Origin: Candidatus Magasanikiibacteriota bacterium
Lineage (GTDB): Bacteria > Patescibacteriota > Patescibacteriia > Magasanikbacterales > UBA922
Assembly (NCBI GenBank): GCA_018652595.1
Contig: JABIBU010000016.1
Location: forward strand, 26,911-90,910
Direction of reading: 5' to 3'
Length of the DNA: 64,000 bases
In this document: positions 46,371 through 54,683 of the stretch, in pieces
Layout of the letters: every line of letters begins with the position of its first letter
How positions within the stretch are numbered: the stretch's first letter is position 1
Program-made: the position numbers and the translations under genes
Notes under the pieces: generated by a model
Told to the model about the DNA's origin: nothing
The model's database searches: none
Seen by the model: the letters and a program-made list of their open reading frames with translations, nothing else

Positions 46371-46964
46371 ATGTATTCCAAACCAATAGATGAATTAATA
46401 CAAGCCTTTTCGCGACTACCATCGGTTGGTGAGAGAACCGCCGAAAGGTTTGTTTTTTATTTATTAAAATCTGGCAAAAAAGACGTGGCAGAGATGACCT
46501 TGTCACTAAAAAACCTAATAGAAGAGATCAAAAGTTGTGAAGTTTGCTGGGATTTTACCGACGAATCCCCCTGTTCTATTTGTGCTGATGAAAAACGAGA
46601 CAAATCTACAATTTGTATAGTTCAAGAACCACAAAACTTACAAGCAATAGAAAAAACTGGGGATTACAATGGTCTATACCATGTCTTACGTGGCACATTG
46701 AAACCTGGCCATGATCTAGTGCCGAGGTATTTGAAAATAAATGAATTATTATCACGCGTAAAAAAACCAGAAACAAAAGAAGTAATTCTTGCACTCAATC
46801 CTGATTTGAACGGAGAAACAACTATGATGTTTTTGGAAAAAAGAATAAAAGATACCAATCCACAAGTAAAAGTCTCCCGCCTGGCTCGAGGACTCGCCAT
46901 GGGCAGTGATTTACAATATGCTGATGAAATTACTCTGGGAAGCGCACTAAAAAATAGAATTTGA
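46371..46964 (+). CDS. recR: recombination protein RecR
   Basis: HhH motif (SVGERTAERF), C4 zinc finger (CEVC…CSIC), Toprim domain. Confidence 0.9.
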   Translation: MYSKPIDELIQAFSRLPSVGERTAERFVFYLLKSGKKDVAEMTLSLKNLIEEIKSCEVCWDFTDESPCSICADEKRDKSTICIVQEPQNLQAIEKTGDYNGLYHVLRGTLKPGHDLVPRYLKINELLSRVKKPETKEVILALNPDLNGETTMMFLEKRIKDTNPQVKVSRLARGLAMGSDLQYADEITLGSALKNRI

Positions 46965-46974
46965 AAAAAACCCA

Positions 46975-47005
46975 AACAAAAACCCGCATTACAGCGGGTT
47001 TTATA
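46975..47005. terminator. terminator (recR / rplU convergent)
   Basis: acccgc-attaca-gcgggt flanked by A/T runs; the T-run is stronger on the minus strand. Confidence 0.6.
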
Positions 47006-47042
47006 ATCTGTATAATCTTTCGAAATCCGTGTAATCAGTGTT

Positions 47043-47357
47043 TTATTTTACTTCCTTTATCTTGATCTTGGTCTTGTGTTGACGGTGTCCTATAACACGT
47101 TTATAACGCACTTTTCTTTTGAATTTTACTACGCGAATCTTTTTATCGCGAGTTTGTTCTTCGACAGTAGCAGCAATACTAACGCCGTCTAAATATGGAG
47201 TGCCGATTTTGACATCTGTACCATCTTCTTTAGCCAAAAGAAGAACTTTATCAAAAACAACGTCTTTTCCAGCTTCAACGTCAAGCTTTTCTACTTTCAA
47301 AGTATCTCCGGTTTTGATCAAATATTGCTTTCCACCGGTTTCAATGACTGCAAACAT
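47043..47357 (-). CDS. rplU: 50S ribosomal protein L21
   Basis: MFAVIETGGKQY…KFKRKVRYKR L21 signature. Confidence 0.95.
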   Translation of the reverse strand: MFAVIETGGKQYLIKTGDTLKVEKLDVEAGKDVVFDKVLLLAKEDGTDVKIGTPYLDGVSIAATVEEQTRDKKIRVVKFKRKVRYKRVIGHRQHKTKIKIKEVK

Positions 47358-47427
47358 AATTTTATATTTTATATTTTAGTTATTAGAGCTTGACCCAAAG
47401 GGAAGTCGAATCAATCTAAGTGGCAAT

Positions 47428-47456
47428 ATTATATAATAAATAACTTTTTTTGTCAA
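47428..47456 (-). promoter_or_regulatory. sigma70-type promoter for rplU
   Basis: Minus strand TTGACA-17 nt-TATAAT (perfect consensus), about 70-nt leader before the rplU ATG. Confidence 0.6.
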
Positions 47457-47470
47457 TAGTACAGCAATAA

Positions 47471-47941
47471 TCATTTCACAACCTCAACCATATCCCCTAT
47501 CTTGAGCCCATTTTCTACCATCCAACCAGCCGGAAGCTCTAAGACTGCATTAGCTTCAACTCTAGGATAATAACGCCTCAAATTGGCTTCTGAGGTCACT
47601 GGGTCAAGCTCTACATCTGGAGCGATGTCTACCACAGCGCCATTTGACATCCAGACAATATCTATCTTAAATTCCATATCTCGCATAACCATAGGATGCT
47701 CGCCCATTTGATCAAACACAAACAACATACCATCATATTCACCCAAGTCTTTTCTACCACTAAGTCCTTTTAGCAGATGATAAGAATCCTTAGCCACCAA
47801 GACTTTCAAATTTTGCCCAGATAATTTTATTTCAGCTTCTGGCCACTGCAGAGAATATAATTTTAAACTAAAAAAAGATATTATAATCAGCAACAGCACA
47901 ATCCAATGCCAACCTTTAATTTTTTTATCTTCATCAGACAT
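47471..47941 (-). CDS. DUF192 domain protein
   Basis: GLSGR…GMLFVF…MRDMEFKIDIVWM…VLELPAG matches DUF192/COG1430. Start at M13 avoids overlap with the upstream gene; the ORF extends to 47977. Confidence 0.55.
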   Translation of the reverse strand: MSDEDKKIKGWHWIVLLLIIISFFSLKLYSLQWPEAEIKLSGQNLKVLVAKDSYHLLKGLSGRKDLGEYDGMLFVFDQMGEHPMVMRDMEFKIDIVWMSNGAVVDIAPDVELDPVTSEANLRRYYPRVEANAVLELPAGWMVENGLKIGDMVEVVK

Positions 47942-47951
47942 AGGATATATA

Positions 47952-49001
47952 TTACTTTTTTCTAGAAAAATAAACACCCAACAACATCATCAAAACAAAC
48001 AGAAAAGTCAGGGCAATAAGCTTTTGACTACTTTGCAAAAACAAAGTACTAACACCAAACAAAAATGCAATCGTATAAAATAACAATACTGCCTGCTTTT
48101 GACTAAAACCTGACTGAAGCAAACGAAAGTGCAAATGTTCACTATCCCCCTCATAAAAAGGTTTTCCTTTTTTTATTCTCTCAATAATTACTCGTACCAT
48201 ATCCATGAGAGGCAACCCTAACACAAGTAAGGTCGTAGCAATCTTACCACCAGAAATAATCGCAAGTCCACCGAGCATAAAGCCCATAAACAAACTTCCG
48301 CCTTCACCCAAAAATATTTTGGCCGGATGCCAATTCCAAATCAAAAAACCAAGGCAACTGCCGGCAAAAACAAATGATAGCAATGCAACATCTGGCTGTA
48401 GCCACTTATCTTGCAGACTAAGAAAACCAATCATCATGGCACCAATCGAGACTATTCCAGTCACAAGACCATCTAACCCATCCAATAGCTTGGTAGTAAA
48501 CATCATAACCATAAGCCATACGAACACAACAAGATCTGCCAACCAAAACCAATTAACAACATTACTCAAAGTAAGCTGAAAGATCTGCAAATTAATCACT
48601 CCACCAACCGGATTAGTAATAATATCAGGTCCCACCCCAAAAGCAATAACAACTAAAGTTGCCAAAATTGGTGCTACTATCTGTTGTTTTGCTTTCAGCC
48701 TATATTTGTCATCCAAGAATCCTCCTATCATCAAAATCAACCCACCAACAAAAAATCCTAGCAAATGATTGAGTCCAACATTATCTTGTAATTTATCAGT
48801 AAAAAATAAAATTGAAAATACAATTAGAAAAAAACTTATAAAAATAGCTGAGCCCCCACCCAATGGAATGCGTTTCTTGTGAATTTTTCGCTTTTCAAGT
48901 TTTGGTTCGTCTACAATCTTAAAACGCCGCATCACCACTCGGATAATCGGCGTTATTAAAAAACACAATAAAAATGCTAGTAAAAAATATCCAAAATACA
49001 T
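47952..49001 (-). CDS. MraY/WecA-family polyprenyl-phosphate N-acetylhexosamine-1-phosphate transferase
   Basis: 10 TM. DDKYRL…LLDGLDGL signature of the GT4 MraY/WecA family. Not embedded in a mur cluster. Confidence 0.75.
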   Translation of the reverse strand: MYFGYFLLAFLLCFLITPIIRVVMRRFKIVDEPKLEKRKIHKKRIPLGGGSAIFISFFLIVFSILFFTDKLQDNVGLNHLLGFFVGGLILMIGGFLDDKYRLKAKQQIVAPILATLVVIAFGVGPDIITNPVGGVINLQIFQLTLSNVVNWFWLADLVVFVWLMVMMFTTKLLDGLDGLVTGIVSIGAMMIGFLSLQDKWLQPDVALLSFVFAGSCLGFLIWNWHPAKIFLGEGGSLFMGFMLGGLAIISGGKIATTLLVLGLPLMDMVRVIIERIKKGKPFYEGDSEHLHFRLLQSGFSQKQAVLLFYTIAFLFGVSTLFLQSSQKLIALTFLFVLMMLLGVYFSRKK

Positions 49002-49117
49002 ATCTTAAAATTTCTAACTATCTAATTCACCTAATTTCTAATAAAATTCTAAATTCCAAATCTTGCTTCTTATATTTTACCTAAAATCTCAACATTTAAC
49101 AAGTTTACTTAGCACGT

Positions 49118-49154
49118 CCCCTCTCCTTTATAAGGAGAGGGACAGGGTGAGGTA
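49118..49154. repeat. double-hairpin repeat element, copy B (module 1 only)
   Basis: tcccctctcc-tttataa-ggagaggga-cagggtgaggt, in the divergent region between the MraY/WecA-like gene and the GC-rich secreted-protein gene. Confidence 0.65.
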
Positions 49155-49253
49155 TCGCAGTAACTTGACAAAGTGAGGAAAATGTTGTTAAATAAAGATA
49201 AAGTTTTGAGAAAACCGACCCGGCTTTGGGTCACAATCGCATGGAGGTTTATC

Positions 49254-49736
49254 ATGCGCGTTTCACCGCTTGGTGGAGAAAACACTCGGTTCATCTTTCA
49301 GATGACCTTCTGTCCCCCTCTTGTGCTTGTGCTTATCATGGTTCTTGGCTCAATCTCCTCTTGCCATGAAGCCCAAGCTGCCAACCCCGCCATCGACAAG
49401 TGCTGGAACGAAATGATGGAGGAGAAACGGATCAAGCGCGTGCTGGAGGACGCGCCCGTGGTTCAGCAGACCGCCATCGACTTCGTCCAAGCCTTCGATG
49501 ACCTGTCTGACCAGAAGACGGAACTCGAAGGGCAGATCGAACTTCTCCATATCCAGATCAGCCAGCTTGAGGAGGATAAGCTGCTAGCTGAGCTGGATGA
49601 GCTAATGGCGGATTCGCACATCGACAGCGAAATCTGCAACAACGATCAAGACGATGACGGTGACGGCTGGATCGACTGCCACGACTGGAACTGCGACAGG
49701 GACCCCGCCTGCAGTACTACCGGAATCAGCTTCTAG
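49254..49736 (+). CDS. secreted acidic coiled-coil protein (GC-rich, hypothetical)
   Basis: GGAGG RBS 7 nt before ATG. Hydrophobic signal-like segment LVLVLIMVLGSISSC, coiled coil, Asp/Cys-rich C-terminus (DQDDDGDGWIDCHDWNCDRDPAC). About 55% GC. Confidence 0.5.
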   Translation: MRVSPLGGENTRFIFQMTFCPPLVLVLIMVLGSISSCHEAQAANPAIDKCWNEMMEEKRIKRVLEDAPVVQQTAIDFVQAFDDLSDQKTELEGQIELLHIQISQLEEDKLLAELDELMADSHIDSEICNNDQDDDGDGWIDCHDWNCDRDPACSTTGISF

Positions 49737-49854
49737 TATCCACCTGCCCACTCTCAAAACCCACCAAGGAGACTCTCGGAGCGTTTCAGCTCCATCAAAT
49801 CCCCAGGACCGCGAACAACTCGCCCCTGGGGTTGTTCAATTATAAAACAAATAC

Positions 49855-49907
49855 TTGTCCCCTCCTTGTTGGGGGGGGACAAAAAAATAGCCTTTAGGCT
49901 ATTTTTT
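49855..49907. terminator. tandem hairpins, bidirectional terminator (secreted protein / clp convergent)
   Basis: gtcccctcc-ttgtt-ggggggggac-aaaaaaa, then tagcc-ttta-ggcta-tttttt. Confidence 0.65.
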
Positions 49908-49922
49908 CATTTAATCATCTTA

Positions 49923-52685
49923 TTACTTACCGCGTTCAATCCTAACTTCCAAGCCTTCCCCCAAAACCACCACATCTCTTCTCTCAAACTTATTTTGCAA
50001 AATAAGATCGGCTAATTTATTTTCTACATGCTCTTGAATTGCGCGTCTCATCGGTCTGGCGCCAAACTCTGGATCAAATCCAACTTCTGCCAAGGCAACT
50101 AGAGCAGGTTCTTCTACTCTAAATCCAACCCCACGCTTTTCCAGATCCCTGGTTACTCGCTTGAGCATTAGGCCAGCAATTTGTTTTATTTCTTCTTTTT
50201 CAAGTGATTTAAACAAGACTATACCATCAAAACGATTCAAAAATTCTGGACGATAGTATTTTTTTAATTCTCCACGAACCAAAGTCTGTCTAATTTCTTC
50301 CAAACTCTTTCCAGCCACAATCTGCTCTTGGACATAATTTGTGCCTGCATTAGATGTAGCAATAATAATACTATTAGTAAAATCAACCACCTTACCAACA
50401 CTATCGGTCAATCTGCCATCATCAAAAACTTGCAAAAACAAATTCAAAACATCTGGATCAGCTTTTTCTAATTCATCTAACAAAATGAGAGAAAATGGCT
50501 GTTGTCGAACTGCTTCAGTCAAAATACCACTACCCTGCTGTCCAGGCTGACCAATGAGACGATATATTCCAGACTTGTCTTGATATTCACTCATATCAAT
50601 CCTAATCATACGCTCTTCTCCACCAAAGTATGTGCTAGCTATTGTCTTAGCAAGCTCTGTCTTACCCACACCAGTAGGACCAAGAAATAAAAAGTTTGCA
50701 ATTGGTTTTTTTTGCGAACGCATCTCAGTCCTAGCTCTACGCAAAGCACTCGAAACCAGCAAAACAGCCTCGTCTTGGCCTATTATGCGCTCGTGCATCT
50801 CTTCTTCCAAACGCATCAGTTTGTCAGATTCATGCTCCGTTATATTGGTAGTAGGAATACCAGTTTTACTTGAGACTATTCGACCGACATCCTCAGCCGT
50901 TACCAAATGGTTGGCACCTTTTTCATTCTTTGTCAGACTTGCCGACTCTGTCATTACTGATATAGCACTCTCTGGCAAATTTTGATCATAGAGAAACTTC
51001 TCGGCCAGAGATACTGACTTTTCTAGTGCATCATAAGAAAAAAATACATTATTTTTATATTCTACATAACCAACTTTTGATTCCAAAACTTGAATTGCCT
51101 GATTTTTGTCCATCTCCTTTATGTCAACACGAGACAAGACAGAACCAATCTCAGAATTAACAATATGACGCTTATAACCCTCTGAAGTAGTAGTCGCAAA
51201 AGTTAGAAACTTACCTGGACCGAGATATTCAGCTAATGTTTCAGAAACATCCAAGCCCTCTTGTGAATCGTCCGAACTAATCGTAATCAAATCCTGAATA
51301 TTTTTTATAAATAAAATTATATTTCTAGCACGCGAAACCTCGTGCATTATTTTTATAAGTCTCTCTTGTGCTCCACTTACAGTGGTCCCAGCAAGCAATG
51401 CTGAAGTAGAAAGCTGTACTAGACGCTTTTCCTTGAGTCTCTCTGGCACATCTTCTTCTACCATTTTGCGAGCAATACCCTCTATAATACTCATCTTTCC
51501 GACCCCTCGCTCACCAACCAAAATAATACTCTGTCTACCACCTTCTACTATCCTAAACACTTCTTCAATTTCTTTTTCACGAGCCACGCAGGCTGACAGA
51601 TTGCCATATTTAGCAGCCATAGTAAGATCTTCACTATAACTATTGAGATAAGGCGTGGCAACAGCTGTCATCGCTCTGTCAAGTCCATATTTGCTACGAT
51701 GCGAACCAGCTTTTTGTAATTTTTTATACTGTCTACGCAATTTCTCTCTAATGCGCATCCACTCTACTACATTATTTAGTTTTTCTTTATCAATTTTTAG
51801 ATCATAGAGTAATTCTTGGATAGGTTGGGACTGCTTTACTGTAGCAATAAGCAACTCTGTAACATCTACATACTCTTGTCTATCAGCATATGCTTTTTCA
51901 TAAGAATTAAACAAAATTTGCTGAAGATCTTCGGAGATTATTGGTGGTTTTTTATCTTCCGACTTTACAAAAAACTTTGCCAGACGCGCTTGCAAAGGGT
52001 GAACCGGGATTCCCAAACGAATAAATATATTTGAAACCCTAGTAGAAGAAAGTAAGGCATGAAAAACATGGGCCGGATCAACTGTTGGGCTTTCATTTTT
52101 ATAAGCCTGATTATATGCCTCTTCCAAAACTTGTCTGGCACTATAAGAAAAAGTTGTAGCTATATTTTGTCTTTTACGACGAGACAGTTTGAAAACTTCA
52201 GCCCAAGTCTGCATGTTTTGTTCATCTTTTTCTTCTAGTAATTTCTTATCTTCTTTATACTCATGAGCCTCTACTGTCTTTGGTTCTGGATTCATTACAA
52301 CCAAACGATAAGCCAAATAACCAAAAGCTATGAGAGCACCCCAAAAGAAAAATGGCAAAGGATTGCCCTGCAACTGCCAAAAACGAGCCGTAAGCACATC
52401 TACCAACATTCCCTTGCTATATGCCAACCAGACAAATAATCCCAAAAAGCCAACACCAAAAACAAGAGTGCCAATAATACGAAAATGATTGAGCCAACGA
52501 CGCGCTCGCCTAACACTAATATGATAATAAGTAAGTGGCTCACCCCAATACAAAAATTTCTTTCGAGCAAATCGCCCCATACTCATACCCTTGCACTCCG
52601 GACACTTACGAATACCAGAATAACCCGAACCTTGGCAGGTCGAACATTGGAGTAAATTCAGTGGAATTTGTTTTTCAAATAGCAT
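49923..52685 (-). CDS. ClpC/ClpA-like AAA+ ATPase with N-terminal zinc ribbon and two TM helices
   Basis: Two AAA+ modules (GERGVGKMS, GPTGVGKTELAK), Clp_N repeat, sensor motifs. The N-terminus has CSTCQGSG…CPECKG plus two hydrophobic helices. Confidence 0.85.
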   Translation of the reverse strand: MLFEKQIPLNLLQCSTCQGSGYSGIRKCPECKGMSMGRFARKKFLYWGEPLTYYHISVRRARRWLNHFRIIGTLVFGVGFLGLFVWLAYSKGMLVDVLTARFWQLQGNPLPFFFWGALIAFGYLAYRLVVMNPEPKTVEAHEYKEDKKLLEEKDEQNMQTWAEVFKLSRRKRQNIATTFSYSARQVLEEAYNQAYKNESPTVDPAHVFHALLSSTRVSNIFIRLGIPVHPLQARLAKFFVKSEDKKPPIISEDLQQILFNSYEKAYADRQEYVDVTELLIATVKQSQPIQELLYDLKIDKEKLNNVVEWMRIREKLRRQYKKLQKAGSHRSKYGLDRAMTAVATPYLNSYSEDLTMAAKYGNLSACVAREKEIEEVFRIVEGGRQSIILVGERGVGKMSIIEGIARKMVEEDVPERLKEKRLVQLSTSALLAGTTVSGAQERLIKIMHEVSRARNIILFIKNIQDLITISSDDSQEGLDVSETLAEYLGPGKFLTFATTTSEGYKRHIVNSEIGSVLSRVDIKEMDKNQAIQVLESKVGYVEYKNNVFFSYDALEKSVSLAEKFLYDQNLPESAISVMTESASLTKNEKGANHLVTAEDVGRIVSSKTGIPTTNITEHESDKLMRLEEEMHERIIGQDEAVLLVSSALRRARTEMRSQKKPIANFLFLGPTGVGKTELAKTIASTYFGGEERMIRIDMSEYQDKSGIYRLIGQPGQQGSGILTEAVRQQPFSLILLDELEKADPDVLNLFLQVFDDGRLTDSVGKVVDFTNSIIIATSNAGTNYVQEQIVAGKSLEEIRQTLVRGELKKYYRPEFLNRFDGIVLFKSLEKEEIKQIAGLMLKRVTRDLEKRGVGFRVEEPALVALAEVGFDPEFGARPMRRAIQEHVENKLADLILQNKFERRDVVVLGEGLEVRIERGK

Positions 52686-52705
52686 AAATAGATCATTCCT
52701 TTATT

Positions 52706-52814
52706 CCCCTCTCCTTTACAAGGAGAGGGGTTAGGGGTGAGGTCAATCACTTTAGGTTTCTAGTTTTAACCTCATCCTGTCCTTCTCCTTGTTAAGGAGA
52801 AGGGACGTTCTAAG
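52706..52814. repeat. double-hairpin repeat element, copy C (module 1 52706-52744; module 2 52764-52814)
   Basis: cccctctcc-tttacaa-ggagagggg-ttaggggtgaggtc … ttttaacctcatcctgtccttctcc-ttgttaa-ggagaagg-gacgttctaag, located between the clp ATPase start and the upstream gene. Confidence 0.7.
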
Positions 52815-52824
52815 TTTTTTAATT

Positions 52825-53172
52825 TTAAACTAGTAGTAGCATATACACTACAAATATAGGCAAAGCCAAATAAACTAAAAATAAAAACAAGACTACAAAA
52901 GTCCATAACAATAAAAAAATGGAACGAAAAATCACGTTCCAAAATCTAACAAACACACTCATAAGAACCCCTTGAATATCACGCTGACCATACATGGGTA
53001 CAAAAATATTTTTCATCCAAAGAAATGGCACAAACTGAGCATTACCATCTTGGATCAAACGAAAACAAAACAAGGCCGCTCGCTTGGCTCCGCCGGTATA
53101 CCACCACAGCGGAAAATAAAGCAGATCAAGAAAAAATTCCAAAAACATTCGTTGTAATACGAGAATCCACAT
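52825..53172 (-). CDS. hypothetical small membrane protein
   Basis: Hydrophobic 116-aa ORF. The longer start (53232) would be encoded by the 53186-53240 inverted-repeat element, so the shorter start is preferred. Confidence 0.35.
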   Translation of the reverse strand: MWILVLQRMFLEFFLDLLYFPLWWYTGGAKRAALFCFRLIQDGNAQFVPFLWMKNIFVPMYGQRDIQGVLMSVFVRFWNVIFRSIFLLLWTFVVLFLFLVYLALPIFVVYMLLLV

Positions 53173-53185
53173 AGTTAAAATGCTT

Positions 53186-53275
53186 GAAAGGCTTGAAAAG
53201 CCCAAAAGGCTAGAAAGGCAAAAGTATTTCAAGCCTTTCCAGCTTTTCTGGCATTTTAAGCCTTTGTATTATATC
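53186..53275 (+). repeat. AT-rich intergenic motif family copy 2 with preceding 13-bp inverted repeat
   Basis: gaaaggcttgaaa (53188-53200) :: tttcaagcctttc (53227-53239), then caagcctttccagcttttctggcattttaagcctttgtattat. Confidence 0.55.
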
Positions 53276-53286
53276 ACAAAAATAAA

Positions 53287-53326
53287 CCCAGCACCACTTT
53301 TTTTCTTTTAAAAAAGTGGTGCTAGG
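53287..53326. repeat. long A/T-loop hairpin sharing the cccagcaccac 11-mer with the rmlB leader repeat
   Basis: cccagcaccac-tttttttcttttaaaaaa-gtggtgctagg. Stem about 10 bp, extendable via T6/A6. Confidence 0.45.
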
Positions 53327-53412
53327 TAAAAAAACTCCCATAAAAATAGTCGCTATAATAAAAATGTGCTATAATATAATTGACAAGCTAATTAATTCTT
53401 AATTTATATCTT

Positions 53413-53760
53413 ATGTCATTCGTAAGAATCCTTATGGGTATTTTGATGGTAGCATCTATCGTCACAACTTTGGTCATGTGGATCATAGCCCTGATACAAG
53501 CAGCCAGCCGTGAAGATCTAAAAAACAACAAGGTATTGTGGATAATCCTAATTATCTTCGTATCGCCAATTGGACCAATTATTTATTTCTTCGTAGAGGG
53601 TAGGAAAAAATATGGCTGGATAACTCTAGTCGCCGCACTAGCCACACCTATCGTCTTATCAGTATATGCTATTCAAGCATTTACAAGTGATCAATTGCAG
53701 TCCGCTATTCAAGCTGATTCACAAAATGTGATTGAGGTTCAACTACCGACAGAAAATTAA
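53413..53760 (+). CDS. PLD-nuclease N-terminal (PLDc_N) domain small membrane protein
   Basis: Two TM helices with the PLDc_N-like motif KVLWIILIIFVSPIGPIIYFFVEGRKK. Confidence 0.55.
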   Translation: MSFVRILMGILMVASIVTTLVMWIIALIQAASREDLKNNKVLWIILIIFVSPIGPIIYFFVEGRKKYGWITLVAALATPIVLSVYAIQAFTSDQLQSAIQADSQNVIEVQLPTEN

Positions 53761-53771
53761 AGAATTTCAAA

Positions 53772-53810
53772 AAAATAAAAACCACCAGACAAAAGCTGGT
53801 GGTTTTTTGA
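53772..53810. terminator. bidirectional terminator
   Basis: aaaaa-accaccag-acaaaag-ctggtggt-tttttg. Confidence 0.7.
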
Positions 53811-53820
53811 TGGTAGTTTT

Positions 53821-54654
53821 TTAGTTAGGACATTCACCTAACTTTATAGAATCGCCCCAACTATCATCATGCAACACTTCTCCTGTATTTTCAATCTTTA
53901 TACCATTAACAATCTTAGTCTCTCCTTTTAGGATAGTATCTTGCACTCCCTCCACCTCAACAGTTACGCTCCCATCATCTCCGATTTCTTTGTTCATGAT
54001 TAACTTACCCATACTACCAAAGCCACCACCCTCTTCAAAATAATTATATGTACACTGTGCTTTAAATTCCTTAAGAGCCTCCAAATAAGTACCTGTACAC
54101 TGACTTTCTCTGTAGGCCTCGTCCAACCAAATTTTCATGTAAGCATCAGATGAGTTAGCTGCTATTTCAGACTTACTTAGAGGGCAATCAAAATAAGTAC
54201 CATTAAATATGGTCATGTCTACCCCTTCGTTAGTATATTCATTACCCGCTTGCTGTTTAAATCTACAAGTATCCCCACCATCAAAAGAAGTGATCGAAAA
54301 AGCAGGACCAATAAAACTAAAAGGAGTATTTAAAAGATTACAATTTTCTACCCCCTTGGCGAAACAATCCATATCACCCAAAACACATGTCACTTTTTTT
54401 GCCTCAACAACAGGTTCAACTTCTTTCTTTTCAACCACCGGCTTAGGTGTAGGCTGAACAACTGGTTTTACTTCAGGTTGTTTAACTTTTACTGGCTTAG
54501 TGGCTACTTGTTTGACCTCATCTTGAACTACTTCTTGAATAGGTTCTTGAGCTACTTCCTCCTGATTTAAATCTTTTGTTTTATCCAAATTAACACTACA
54601 CCCAGCACCCAACAAAAGAATACTAGCCACTCCCAATACAAAATATTTTTTCAT
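53821..54654 (-). CDS. lipoprotein, hypothetical
   Basis: Lipobox LLGAGC; Pro/Val/Lys-rich linker; Cys-rich C-terminal domain. Confidence 0.5.
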   Translation of the reverse strand: MKKYFVLGVASILLLGAGCSVNLDKTKDLNQEEVAQEPIQEVVQDEVKQVATKPVKVKQPEVKPVVQPTPKPVVEKKEVEPVVEAKKVTCVLGDMDCFAKGVENCNLLNTPFSFIGPAFSITSFDGGDTCRFKQQAGNEYTNEGVDMTIFNGTYFDCPLSKSEIAANSSDAYMKIWLDEAYRESQCTGTYLEALKEFKAQCTYNYFEEGGGFGSMGKLIMNKEIGDDGSVTVEVEGVQDTILKGETKIVNGIKIENTGEVLHDDSWGDSIKLGECPN

Positions 54655-54683
54655 ATTTTAAAGTTATAACTTGATTTAAATAT

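Noticed and set aside
52738-52764. Possible CtsR/CIRCE-type heat-shock operator upstream of the clp ATPase (GGTCAAT…)
   Set aside because: Only one heptad resembles the CtsR half-site. There is no tandem GGTCAAA repeat and no CIRCE inverted repeat (TTAGCACTC-N9-GAGTGCTAA).
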